DNA of 64,000 bases from Pseudomonadales bacterium (GTDB lineage Bacteria; Pseudomonadota; Gammaproteobacteria; Pseudomonadales; Pseudohongiellaceae). Below the pieces are notes generated by a model. It saw nothing but the letters and a program-made list of their open reading frames with translations. It had not been told where the DNA came from and did not search any database. Shown in pieces: positions 9,861 to 19,446 of this stretch. Position numbers and translations under genes: made by a program. The stretch's first letter is position 1; each line of letters opens with the position of its first letter. The DNA lies in NCBI GenBank assembly GCA_023268635.1, contig JALQUB010000077.1, positions 34,283 to 98,282 on the forward strand. Reading direction: 5' to 3'.

Positions 9861-11039
9861 ATGTCCACACCGATAAAAATAAATAAAGGTATCAACATGT
9901 TACGCAAAATCGCTCTGGGACTCAGCGCCCTTGTCTTGTTACTCTTGATCGCTAGCTATACTGCGTACCTCGCCACTGGACCGAAATCCCCCGGCGGAAA
10001 CTCGGTGTCTGCCGAATGGCTCGAACCCGGCCCCTATGAGACAGCTAGCCTCGACGTGGCTTTCATAGACTCGAGCAGGCCCACCAATGCAAACCGCGAC
10101 TACGCGGGTGCGCCAGCCCGAACCCTAAACACGACTCTCTGGTACCCTGTCGATGTCGACGGAGCCCACCCTCTCGTCATCCATAGCCACGGGTTTACAT
10201 CTAACAGGACTGACATGTCTTATGTTGCGCAACTGCTCGCAAGCCATGGCTATGTCGTCGCGGCCGCTGATTTCCCGCTGACACATGGAGGCGCCCCAGG
10301 TCGCCCTAACGCCCAGGATGTCGGGAATCAACCTGCCGATGTCAGCTTCTTAATAGACTCCGTCAGCGCGCTAAATACAGAGGACAAACCCTTCGCGGGC
10401 ACTATCGACCCACAAAGAATTGGCCTGATGGGCTACTCTTTGGGTGGCCTAACGACCGAACTAACCACCTACCACGCGACATTGAGAGATCCTCGGGTTG
10501 CCGCCGCGGTCTCAGTTGCAGGCCCGACAACCGGCTTGACTGAATCTTTCTTCCAAACCAACGACGTGCCTTTCTTAATGATTGGCGGCACGCTGGATTA
10601 CCTAATCAATTTTGACGCGAACGCGGCGCCAATTCCGAGGCTTGTGGATGGCTCCATTTTGCTCGGCATTGATGGGGGTACCCACCTCGGTTTCGGCGCT
10701 ATCGCCGAGCCCGCATTTCGCTTCATGAAGCACCCAGACAGTCTAGGCTGCGAGGCGGTGCTGTCGAATCTAGACAGCGACACGAACACTTTGCTCGCTC
10801 AGTTGGGAGGAGCTGCCGAAGGCATAAGCCCCGACGAAAACGCACCTCAAGTCTGCGAAATCACACCCGATGAGAAAGCACTACACCCCGGCGAGCAGCA
10901 CATGATCACCAGTGTCGCCATCGTGTCCTTCTTCCAGTCTGTTTTTGCCGACAGCGCACAAGATCGCTTGAAAGCGGCATCGGTACTCAGCAATTCATTA
11001 GAGGCCGATTTCGCCGCTGCGACAGTGACCCACAACTAA
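9861..11039 (+). CDS. Secreted or membrane-anchored alpha/beta hydrolase (lipase/esterase; PAF-acetylhydrolase / dienelactone-hydrolase-like)
   Basis: N-terminal hydrophobic anchor or signal; HSHGFTSNRTDMSYVAQLLASHGYVVAAADFP; nucleophile elbow GYSLGG; later GGTLDYL (Asp) and GGTHLGF (His). The ATG at 9897 (MLRKIALG..) is an equally plausible start. Confidence 0.65.
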   Translation: MSTPIKINKGINMLRKIALGLSALVLLLLIASYTAYLATGPKSPGGNSVSAEWLEPGPYETASLDVAFIDSSRPTNANRDYAGAPARTLNTTLWYPVDVDGAHPLVIHSHGFTSNRTDMSYVAQLLASHGYVVAAADFPLTHGGAPGRPNAQDVGNQPADVSFLIDSVSALNTEDKPFAGTIDPQRIGLMGYSLGGLTTELTTYHATLRDPRVAAAVSVAGPTTGLTESFFQTNDVPFLMIGGTLDYLINFDANAAPIPRLVDGSILLGIDGGTHLGFGAIAEPAFRFMKHPDSLGCEAVLSNLDSDTNTLLAQLGGAAEGISPDENAPQVCEITPDEKALHPGEQHMITSVAIVSFFQSVFADSAQDRLKAASVLSNSLEADFAAATVTHN

Positions 11040-11163
11040 CGCTATAAGCGCGATGGGCCGTCGATGTCTATTCGCGCTTAAAATAATTTGAAAGAAAAAC
11101 CGTGTGGGACCCGGTCTGTGTCTTTGAAGGGTATCCCCCTTTCCTGCCTTCCTAATCTTATTT

Positions 11164-11188
11164 GCCCCCACTTTCGGGGGCTTTTTTT
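11164..11188 (+). terminator. Rho-independent terminator
   Basis: GCCCCC-ACTTTC-GGGGGC followed by T7. Unidirectional: the minus-strand side has no T-run. Confidence 0.75.
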
Positions 11189-11252
11189 CCAAAGCCGGAC
11201 TACCCCCTGCTGAAGCGCGGCGTAAATTAGTACCGGCTGTTTGCGAGCGACG

Positions 11253-11873
11253 CTAATCACCTAACTTGTCGTAGACCCGTGTCAGTTCAATCGTCGCGCC
11301 GAAGGAGTCAGGCTCAATCTTCATTTCCACACGCAGACGTTTTCCTTGATCGATTAAAGTATAGGTTTCGAGCGTGAAACCTCCGTCACGCGGACGCGCC
11401 TCGACGATCAATTCATCGCCTCGCCAATTCGCAAAAGAGAAATCCTCTCCTCCCTCTGCATAGTATGAATTTGCCGTTGTTCGACGGCGACGCCCATCGG
11501 AATGAAATACTCGGACATAGTCATCAGCATAGATGAATCTATATTCAGGCTCATCGATACTAATGTCCAAAACGTCATCGTAGGAGATCCGATCATAGAG
11601 TTCTTGCTCAGCCGGCCCTCCACGGTAAAAATCCTCTGGCCGCTTGCGTAGGAAAAAGCTCTTCACCTTACCGCCGGCAGCCTTGATCGCTTTCTCAACG
11701 GCATCATCCGTGTTGTCGCTCAGGTCATCGTTAATTTGCCAAGAACCAGAAAATAGTCGAACGAGTTCATCATGCTCATCTGCAAATATTGATACCGGTT
11801 TGCTCAAAATTGCGACGACCATGATCATGCTTGCGAGGAATCGAACTCGGTTCAACTGCGCGGGTTTGTTCAT
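11253..11873 (-). CDS. Hypothetical secreted protein
   Basis: 206-aa ORF with an N-terminal hydrophobic signal (FLASMIMVVAILSKPVSIFA). I recognise no motif. Confidence 0.55.
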   Translation of the reverse strand: MNKPAQLNRVRFLASMIMVVAILSKPVSIFADEHDELVRLFSGSWQINDDLSDNTDDAVEKAIKAAGGKVKSFFLRKRPEDFYRGGPAEQELYDRISYDDVLDISIDEPEYRFIYADDYVRVFHSDGRRRRTTANSYYAEGGEDFSFANWRGDELIVEARPRDGGFTLETYTLIDQGKRLRVEMKIEPDSFGATIELTRVYDKLGD

Positions 11874-12103
11874 CTAACCTTCCCTGAGAAGCATAGCTCA
11901 CGTTTAATCGATGAGGTGAGACTAAACGCCCGTTCCTTTTTAATCAAACCCCCTACATTTCAAGCAACATAGACCTCGCCTCGGCATTTGAAGTGACACC
12001 CAATAATCAGCTATGCTCCGAAGCCGATATTGATCAAATTGCAGCGGCGATATAGCCGACCTAACGACCCTAACAAGAATAAGACTCCCGGGGGAGATTC
12101 TCG

Positions 12104-13738
12104 ATGACCATGCAGAAAACACCACTAATCCTTTCGCGCATACTCGGACGCGGCGCGATCCTCGACCCTGAGGTCGAAGTTGTCACAGCTCAAGCCAATG
12201 GCACCCATCGCCAGACACTCGGCCAAACTTGGACGAGGGCTCAACAAGTTGCCAACGCCCTCAACAAGCACGGCATTAAAATAGGCGATCGTATTGCCAG
12301 CTTTATGTGGAATAATCATCGTCATCTCGAACTCTATCAAGGTGTACCCTCTATGGGTGCGGTGTTGCATACGCTCAACATTCGCCTCTCGCCGACCGAT
12401 CTCGAATACATTATCAATCACGCCAATGACCGCGTCATATTCGCGGACGAAGACCTGCTCCCTTTACTCGAGCCTATCTGGGACAAAGTCCCCTGCGTTG
12501 AGCTGTTGGTGATCTGTCGTCATGGCGAAGGCGGCGAGAGCAGTTTCAAAAATCAAATTGATTACGAAGACTTCATCAAAGATCAGGCTGAGAGCTACGA
12601 CTGGCCAGAAATCGATGAGAACTCGCCAATGGGTCTTTGTTACACCTCCGGTACCACCGGCAAACCGAAAGGCGTCATGTATACACACCGGTCGACGTAT
12701 CTACATACACTCGCTGGCTCCCTCACTGATGCGCTAGGTTTGACCGCTCTCGATTCACTACTAGGCATTGTCCCAATGTTCCACGCGATGGGTTGGGGCC
12801 TACCGTTCAATGCATCAATGCTCGGATGCAAGCATGTTATGCCTCACCGTTTCATGACGCCGGATACCTTCCTAAAGCTGATGCATGAAGAAGGAATTAC
12901 AATCGCAACTGGTGTGCCTACTATTTGGCAAGGTGTGAAGGCTGCCATCGAATCTGCTGGTGACAAATACGATCTATCGAAACTCGATCGATTGACTTGC
13001 GGTGGTTCGGCCCCGCCCGTCTCAATGATGCGTTGGTATTGGGATACACTGGGAGTTGAAATGATTCAGGGCTGGGGCATGACTGAAACTAACCCTCTCG
13101 GTACGCTCTCACGCAAATGTGCCAAGTACACACAACAGACTCTGAGCGAAGACGAGCAATTTAAGAACATCGCGAAAGCTGGTCTCACCATGCCCGGCCT
13201 CGAGATCGAAATCTTCGATGAAGAGTGGAACCGTTTACCGCATGATGGTGAGACAGTAGGTGAACTCTGTATCCGCGGCCCATGGATCGCTGCTGAATAC
13301 TACAATGATCCGCAACCCGAAAAATTCCATGATGGCTGGCTTGTCACGGGCGATGTCGCAAAGATCGATTCCGAGCAGTATCTGATGATTGCCGACCGCT
13401 CGAAGGACCTAATTAAGTCTGGCGGTGAATGGATTTCTTCTGTCGATTTAGAGAACCACATTGTCGCGTTGCCAAGCGTAGCTCAGGCGGCAGTTGTCGC
13501 TCAGCCTCACCCACGTTGGGACGAACGTCCTGTGGCGATAGTAATCATGGCTCCCGGCCATGAACTCGATCAGCAAGAAATACTCGATCACTGCGCCAAG
13601 ATCTTCGCCAAGTGGCAGCTTCCTGATGAAATCATCGCGACCGATGCTATTCCACTCACATCAACTGGCAAGATTGACAAAAAAATCATTCGCGCCCAAC
13701 TCGAAGCCGACGGCTACAAATTGCCCGATCTTCGTTAA
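12104..13738 (+). CDS. Acyl-CoA synthetase (AMP-forming fatty-acid--CoA ligase)
   Basis: AMP-binding signature YTSGTTGKPKGV, GWGMTE, and the C-terminal GKIDKK lysine motif. Confidence 0.85.
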   Translation: MTMQKTPLILSRILGRGAILDPEVEVVTAQANGTHRQTLGQTWTRAQQVANALNKHGIKIGDRIASFMWNNHRHLELYQGVPSMGAVLHTLNIRLSPTDLEYIINHANDRVIFADEDLLPLLEPIWDKVPCVELLVICRHGEGGESSFKNQIDYEDFIKDQAESYDWPEIDENSPMGLCYTSGTTGKPKGVMYTHRSTYLHTLAGSLTDALGLTALDSLLGIVPMFHAMGWGLPFNASMLGCKHVMPHRFMTPDTFLKLMHEEGITIATGVPTIWQGVKAAIESAGDKYDLSKLDRLTCGGSAPPVSMMRWYWDTLGVEMIQGWGMTETNPLGTLSRKCAKYTQQTLSEDEQFKNIAKAGLTMPGLEIEIFDEEWNRLPHDGETVGELCIRGPWIAAEYYNDPQPEKFHDGWLVTGDVAKIDSEQYLMIADRSKDLIKSGGEWISSVDLENHIVALPSVAQAAVVAQPHPRWDERPVAIVIMAPGHELDQQEILDHCAKIFAKWQLPDEIIATDAIPLTSTGKIDKKIIRAQLEADGYKLPDLR

Positions 13739-13750
13739 ACTCACGAAATA

Positions 13751-13799
13751 AAAAAAAGCCTCCGCCCTGCTTTCAATTAGCAGAACGGGGGCTTTTTTA
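13751..13799. terminator. Bidirectional rho-independent terminator between convergent genes
   Basis: A7-GCCTCCGCCCTGC-(TTTCAATTA)-GCAGAACGGGGGC-T6. The 13-bp stem has one wobble and a 2-nt internal mismatch. It sits between the ligase stop (13738) and the 13811 ORF stop. Confidence 0.75.
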
Positions 13800-13810
13800 T
13801 ACTCGGAATA

Positions 13811-14842
13811 TCAATTTGAATAGGTCGGGGCGTAGCTCTCGCCTTCGGCTTCCGCACGTCGCGCCCCAGCTAGAATTCCTGGCAATGCGTAATTGCCTTC
13901 ATGGCAGGCATACTCATACACACGCTCTTCAGTTGCCGTCATCGGTAACTCACCACTCCATGTCTGAGTGTAGTTTTCCGGATCATCCACTGTGAACTGA
14001 TACACAATCGTGTCGTCATCAGTACGCGTAAATCGCTCAGTGACTACCATGGCGGGAGAGCCATAAAAGCGATGATCAAGTGAGGAGCGAAGATTTTGCT
14101 GAAAGTGGAAATTGGTGGTGACCACTACCAAGGTATCTCCCTCATAGTGCCCAACCGAATCACCCATCCAATAATTCATAGCTGGCTCAGCATGCTCTGC
14201 ATTGAGCCGGATCACACGGGCGTCATGATTCATTTCAGCTAAGAGAACTACATAATTTTCAGTTTGTATAATTTGAGTATTGTTATTATAGAGAACAGGG
14301 AGCTTTGGCGGACCACCCGTCGAACCGAAGCCGACCACGCAACGTTCACCCAAAGGCCTCACCTCCGGCCCATCGTATGACGCGCGCTGAATCATCGCCG
14401 CTTCGAAATTCTTCCGCCCTTGTTCGCTGTAGGGCAGTTTCCCATCTGCCGGGTCGAATATTATCGACGTCCTAATCTCACCATTGACCACAGCGAGTCT
14501 CTGGCCAGGATCCATCCAAAACGTATTATAGCCTCCAACATTACTCGCATCCGGCGCCTCTCGATCAGGATCGCTTGGCCGATTACTGGCTTCAAAACCT
14601 GCCTGCACGGCACTCTCGATACGCTGCGCCTCGTCAGTAGTGAGAACTAATTTCCCTCCGAAGCGTTCGGCACGCTCAAGATTTGTCTGGGTTGCAATCG
14701 ACCAGGTCCCTTGTAAATCAGGCGCCCCAAATTCAGTGCGCGGCGTCAGGTAAGCACTATCTGCTGCTAACACACAATCCGCTGCGAAAGCGCTTGCCAT
14801 AGAAAGCGTTAATAACTGTTTGGTCAAGACTCTCATTGTCAT
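13811..14842 (-). CDS. Secreted protein of an uncharacterised family (paralogue 1; YEYACHEGNYA motif)
   Basis: Signal peptide (LSMASAFAADCVLA), and a full-length by-eye alignment to the ORF at 23677..24723. GAGGG lies 6 nt before the second ATG, so the start is probably 14836. Confidence 0.7.
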   Translation of the reverse strand: MTMRVLTKQLLTLSMASAFAADCVLAADSAYLTPRTEFGAPDLQGTWSIATQTNLERAERFGGKLVLTTDEAQRIESAVQAGFEASNRPSDPDREAPDASNVGGYNTFWMDPGQRLAVVNGEIRTSIIFDPADGKLPYSEQGRKNFEAAMIQRASYDGPEVRPLGERCVVGFGSTGGPPKLPVLYNNNTQIIQTENYVVLLAEMNHDARVIRLNAEHAEPAMNYWMGDSVGHYEGDTLVVVTTNFHFQQNLRSSLDHRFYGSPAMVVTERFTRTDDDTIVYQFTVDDPENYTQTWSGELPMTATEERVYEYACHEGNYALPGILAGARRAEAEGESYAPTYSN

Positions 14843-14872
14843 CCCTCAAAATAGCTTAAGCAGAAATTCAAG

Positions 14873-16033
14873 CTATATCGCTCGCGCGATTAGCAGCTTC
14901 ATGATTTCATTACTGCCACCATAGATCTTACTGACTCGACTGTCAGCGTACATCTTGGCGATTGGATATTCCATCATATAGCCGTAACCACCGAAAAATT
15001 GGAGACATTCATCGATGATTTCGCACTGTTTTTGCGTCGTCCACCACTTAGCCATCGCCGCCGTGGTTTCATCTAAAGTCCCTTCGGCCAGTTTCATCGC
15101 ACAATCGTCGACAAACGTGCGAGCTATTTTCGCCTCGGTATAACGCTCCGCCAATTTGAATTGCGTATTTTGAAAATCTAGCAGGCGTTTACCAAACGCA
15201 GACCGGTCTTTCACATATTCAGAAGTGAGTTTGAGCGCTTTCTCCATGGCGGCACAGGCTCCCGCCGCGATAATTATGCGCTCCTGCGGCAATTGCTCCA
15301 TCAATTGAATGAAACCGCGCCCCTCACTCGTGCCTAATAGGTTTTCAGCCGGCACTCGGACATCGTCAAAAAACAATTCAGAAGTGTCCTGAGCCTTTTG
15401 GCCTAACTTCTCTAAATTTCGTCCGCGACTAAATCCACCCTCTCCCTCACAGTCCTTCGTCTCTACCATGATGAGCGAGATGCCTTTACCTTTTGCTTCC
15501 GGATCGGTTTTCGCGACGACACAGATGAGCTCGGCAGATGTGCCATTTGTGATGAATGTCTTTTGACCGTTCAACACGTAGTGGTCACCCTGCTTTATGG
15601 CCGTCGTTTTTATCGACTGCAAATCAGACCCCGTTCCCGGCTCTGTCATCGCAATAGCGGCGACTATTTCGCCCCGCGCCATCTTGGGCAACCACTTCTT
15701 GCGTTGCTCTTCAGTGCCGTAACGAAGAATGTAGTGAGCCACGATGCCAGAATGAACGCTATTGCCGAATCCACTCACGCTCGCGTAACTCATCTCTTCC
15801 ACGAGCACCATCTCATGCTTAAAATTTCCGCCCCCGCCACCGTACTCTTCGGGAATAGAGGCACAGAGTATGCCTGCCTCACCTGCGGTATTCCAAGCAT
15901 CACGGTCGACGATGCCTTGTTTCTCCCAGCGATCGACGTGCGGTACAAATTCTTTCGCGAAGAACTTCCGCACAGCATCCCGCATGATGTGTAACTCTTC
16001 ATCCATCCATGGAGATTCATAGGCTTCAAACAT
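14873..16033 (-). CDS. Acyl-CoA dehydrogenase
   Basis: 386 aa; TEPGTGSDL, FITNG, and the C-terminal GGYGYMMEYP..YGGSNEI blocks of the ACAD family. Confidence 0.85.
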   Translation of the reverse strand: MFEAYESPWMDEELHIMRDAVRKFFAKEFVPHVDRWEKQGIVDRDAWNTAGEAGILCASIPEEYGGGGGNFKHEMVLVEEMSYASVSGFGNSVHSGIVAHYILRYGTEEQRKKWLPKMARGEIVAAIAMTEPGTGSDLQSIKTTAIKQGDHYVLNGQKTFITNGTSAELICVVAKTDPEAKGKGISLIMVETKDCEGEGGFSRGRNLEKLGQKAQDTSELFFDDVRVPAENLLGTSEGRGFIQLMEQLPQERIIIAAGACAAMEKALKLTSEYVKDRSAFGKRLLDFQNTQFKLAERYTEAKIARTFVDDCAMKLAEGTLDETTAAMAKWWTTQKQCEIIDECLQFFGGYGYMMEYPIAKMYADSRVSKIYGGSNEIMKLLIARAI

Positions 16034-16053
16034 GGTCTTGTCCTGTCTTAAAC

Positions 16054-17241
16054 TTAATGAGTCACTTCACTCATGCGCTCGATGATCATCGCATTCGCAG
16101 TGCCGCCACCTTCACAGATTGCGATGAGTCCGTAGCGACCTCCGCGACGCTCTAATTCATGCACGAGTGTCGTCATCAATTTCGCCCCAGTTCCGCCCAA
16201 GGGATGTCCCAGAGCCTGAGCTCCACCATTGACGTTGAGTTTATTGAGATCCGCGCCGATCGCCTTCGCCCACGCCAGTGGCACTGAACCGAATGCTTCA
16301 TTGACCTCATAGAGGTCTATGTCATCGATGGTAAGCCCTGCTTTCTCCAATACTTTCTGAGTAGCGGGGATAGGGCCTTCAAGCATGATGACAGGATCGG
16401 AACCAACGACTGCTAATGAATGAATCTTGGCACGGACTGGCAAATTATACTTTTTCACCGCATCCTCGTTCGCGATTAATACCGCAGCGGATCCATCGCT
16501 GATCTGACTCGCGCTACCAGCAGTAATAACTCCCCCTTCGCGGAGAGGATTTAGCGCTTGTAGCCCTTCGAGAGTAGCCTCCGCTCGGATTCCTTCGTCC
16601 ACCGTGTGCACAGCGGCACTGCCGTCTTCCAATTGAATATTGAGAGGAACAACTTCCTTCTCGAAATAGCCTTTTTGCGTAGCCTCCCAGGCACGCTGAT
16701 GGCTGGACAGCGCAAACGCGTCCAGATCTTCGCGACTGATATCATATTTTTCCGCGAGCAATTCGGCACCGTCGAATTGGCTGAACTGGATTCCTGGATA
16801 CTGAGCCTCTAATCGCTCACCTTTTGGAATACCTCGACCTTTCTCGAGCCCATCCCGGACATTCGATCCAATTTCAACCGTACTCATAGCCTCAACACCG
16901 CCGGAAATAATGACGTCTTGTGTGCCTGACATGACGGCCTGCGCACCAAATTGGATCGCCTGTAGCGAGGAACCACATTGGCGATCAACCGTTGTGCCCG
17001 GCACTGCGAGATCCAACTTCGATGACATCGAAACGTTTCTGCCAAGATTGCTGGCTTGAGCACCAATCTGCATGACAACGCCAAAGATCACATCATCCAC
17101 CGCATCCACTGGAATGCCCGTGCGATTGATTAATTCGTCGACCACGATTGCACCCATATCGATCGGATGGAGCGCGCTCAAGCGTCCCTTCTTTTTGCCT
17201 GTCGCTGTGCGCACCGCGCCTACTATGTATGCATCTGCCAT
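16054..17241 (-). CDS. Acetyl-CoA C-acyltransferase (thiolase II-type)
   Basis: Active-site DRQCGSSLQA, NVNGGAQALGHPLGGTG, and the C-terminal ICEGGGTANA. Start moved to the ATG at 17241 (MADAYIVGAVRT), which is preceded by GGGGGA. The track ORF extends to 17259. Confidence 0.85.
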   Translation of the reverse strand: MADAYIVGAVRTATGKKKGRLSALHPIDMGAIVVDELINRTGIPVDAVDDVIFGVVMQIGAQASNLGRNVSMSSKLDLAVPGTTVDRQCGSSLQAIQFGAQAVMSGTQDVIISGGVEAMSTVEIGSNVRDGLEKGRGIPKGERLEAQYPGIQFSQFDGAELLAEKYDISREDLDAFALSSHQRAWEATQKGYFEKEVVPLNIQLEDGSAAVHTVDEGIRAEATLEGLQALNPLREGGVITAGSASQISDGSAAVLIANEDAVKKYNLPVRAKIHSLAVVGSDPVIMLEGPIPATQKVLEKAGLTIDDIDLYEVNEAFGSVPLAWAKAIGADLNKLNVNGGAQALGHPLGGTGAKLMTTLVHELERRGGRYGLIAICEGGGTANAMIIERMSEVTH

Positions 17242-17303
17242 GGTGTTCCCCCTATTCAATGTTAGATTTCTAAATTTTATTTTCTAATTATTGTCGTATT
17301 CAC

Positions 17304-18071
17304 TCATGCCGGCATTCTTATTCCCGAATCGAGGCGTATCGTTTCACCATTGAGGTATCCGCAATTCACGATATGCGCGACTTCCTGTGCGAACTCATCC
17401 GGGTTACCCAAACGCTTCGGGAATTGTGTAATTGCGATCAACGGATCGCGTACCGCATCCGGCGCAGAAGCCAGTAAGGGTGTTTCAAAAACGCCTGGCG
17501 CCACTGTCATGACACGAATGCCACGCTTTGAAAGATCACGCGCGATAGGAAGAGTCATGGAAACAATTCCGCCCTTCGATGCGGCATAACCTGCTTGCCC
17601 AGTTTGTCCGTCGAATGCCGCGATCGATGCCACGTTGATAATCACACCGCGCTCACCATCTTGGGTCACCGGTTCATTTAACTGCATCACTTCTGCACAG
17701 AGCCTAAGCACGTTGAACGTGCCGATTAGATTAACTCGAACAATGTGTTCAAATTTTGCGAGCGGCATAGGGCCATCCTTCCCGACTGTGCGTGCTGCAC
17801 CTCCTATACCTGCGGAATTCACATTGACATGAATAGTGCCAAATTTTTCTTTCGCCTTGGCTATCGCTTCGCTGACCCCGACTTCATCTGCCACATCGCC
17901 TGCATGCCAGGCGGCGTGATCGCCGAGTTCCGCGGCCGCAGCTTCAAGCGCATCTGCACGAAGGTCGTAGAGCATGACGTTCGCGCCCGCGCCGATGAAA
18001 TTTTTAGCTGTCGCGAGGCCTAGGCCCGAGGCACCACCGGTGATAAAGGCTGTTTTATTCTGAAGATCCAT
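17304..18071 (-). CDS. Short-chain dehydrogenase, type-II 3-hydroxyacyl-CoA dehydrogenase-like (3-hydroxy-2-methylbutyryl-CoA dehydrogenase type)
   Basis: TGGASGLG cofactor motif, catalytic YAASKGG (Y...K), 255 aa, and a position next to thiolase and ACAD. Confidence 0.75.
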   Translation of the reverse strand: MDLQNKTAFITGGASGLGLATAKNFIGAGANVMLYDLRADALEAAAAELGDHAAWHAGDVADEVGVSEAIAKAKEKFGTIHVNVNSAGIGGAARTVGKDGPMPLAKFEHIVRVNLIGTFNVLRLCAEVMQLNEPVTQDGERGVIINVASIAAFDGQTGQAGYAASKGGIVSMTLPIARDLSKRGIRVMTVAPGVFETPLLASAPDAVRDPLIAITQFPKRLGNPDEFAQEVAHIVNCGYLNGETIRLDSGIRMPA

Positions 18072-18298
18072 AGCGAGGTTTTCTCTTTTTAATTATTAGT
18101 GCTTTATTGAATATAAGTGCCAAAAGAATAGTGGAAAGCTCCCTAAAGTGGAACCTTTAACCTAGCGAGGAACGGCCTCACGATATCTATCCCTGTGTCG
18201 AGGGGTATCAAACCGACTCTGCATTAGCCTATTATCAGACCACAGATAAACAGGCAGACTTAAACGAAGAAACTGAACATGATGAAACAGGAGAGAGC

Positions 18299-19426
18299 AT
18301 GGGACCGTTAAAGGGCATACGTGTGGTGGAGATGGCGGGCATCGGGCCAGGTCCATTCTGTGCCATGATGCTATCGGATATGGGCGCAGAAGTTATTCGG
18401 GTCGATCGACTCGCCCATAAAGGTAGCGGACACAAGGCAAACGTACTTAACCGCGGACGTCGCTCGATCGCCGTAGACCTAAAAAATCCTGACGGAATGC
18501 AAACAGTGCAAACGCTCATTGACCGCGCCGACGTCGTCATCGAGGGCTTTCGACCAGGTGTCATGGAACGCCTCGGACTCGGCCCCGATGACTGTCTCGC
18601 GCGCAACCCTAAACTTGTTTTCGGCCGCATGACTGGCTGGGGACAGGACGGCCCTCTCGCACCGGCGGCGGGTCACGATATCAATTACATCTCTATCGGA
18701 GGTGCACTCGGCGCAATGGGCTACCCCGACCGCCCCCCTGCCCCGCCTCTCAACCTCGTCGGCGACTTCGGCGGCGGAGCCATGTACTTACTCGCCGGTG
18801 TTCTAGCAGCACTCGTTGAACGTGGTACATCAGGCAAGGGACAAGTCATCGATGCCGCCATGACCGATGGTACTGCGAGCTTGCTAAGCCCATTTTTCGG
18901 CATGATGGCAATGAATATGTGGACCAAAGAGCGCATGGACAATCGTCTCGACGGCGGCGCGCATTACTACGGCAGCTATGTCTGTGCCGATGGCAAATTC
19001 ATCAGCATCGGATCGATAGAACCGCAATTTTATGCCCTGCTGCTTGAGCTCTGTGAAATAAGCGATCCTGAATTCGAAAAGCAAAACGATAAAACACACT
19101 GGGCGCCGCTCAGAGCCAAACTTGAAGCCTTGTTTGCGAGCCAACCTAGAGACCATTGGTGCGCGTTGCTCGAAGGCACCGATGTCTGCTTCGCACCAGT
19201 ACTAGACTTAGAAGAAGCACCACTGCATCCGCACAACGTGGCACGAAACACCTATGTCGACTACGAGGGTGTTACTCAACCCGCACCCGCTCCGCGCTTT
19301 AGTCGAACCCCATCAGCAATCCAGGCACCTGCCGCGATTGCGGGTGAGCACAGTGAAGACATCCTAAGCGACTGGGGTTTCAGTGAAGCGCAAATCACGG
19401 CTTTACAAGCTGCCAAGGCAATCTAA
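18299..19426 (+). CDS. Family III CoA-transferase fold protein, alpha-methylacyl-CoA racemase-like
   Basis: The N-terminal block MGPLKGIRVVEMAGIGPGPFCAMMLSDMGAEVIRVDR is very similar to the N-termini of AMACR/Mcr-type racemases (CaiB/BaiF superfamily). Confidence 0.7.
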   Translation: MGPLKGIRVVEMAGIGPGPFCAMMLSDMGAEVIRVDRLAHKGSGHKANVLNRGRRSIAVDLKNPDGMQTVQTLIDRADVVIEGFRPGVMERLGLGPDDCLARNPKLVFGRMTGWGQDGPLAPAAGHDINYISIGGALGAMGYPDRPPAPPLNLVGDFGGGAMYLLAGVLAALVERGTSGKGQVIDAAMTDGTASLLSPFFGMMAMNMWTKERMDNRLDGGAHYYGSYVCADGKFISIGSIEPQFYALLLELCEISDPEFEKQNDKTHWAPLRAKLEALFASQPRDHWCALLEGTDVCFAPVLDLEEAPLHPHNVARNTYVDYEGVTQPAPAPRFSRTPSAIQAPAAIAGEHSEDILSDWGFSEAQITALQAAKAI

Positions 19427-19446
19427 TAGAGAAGAGACCAATCATC

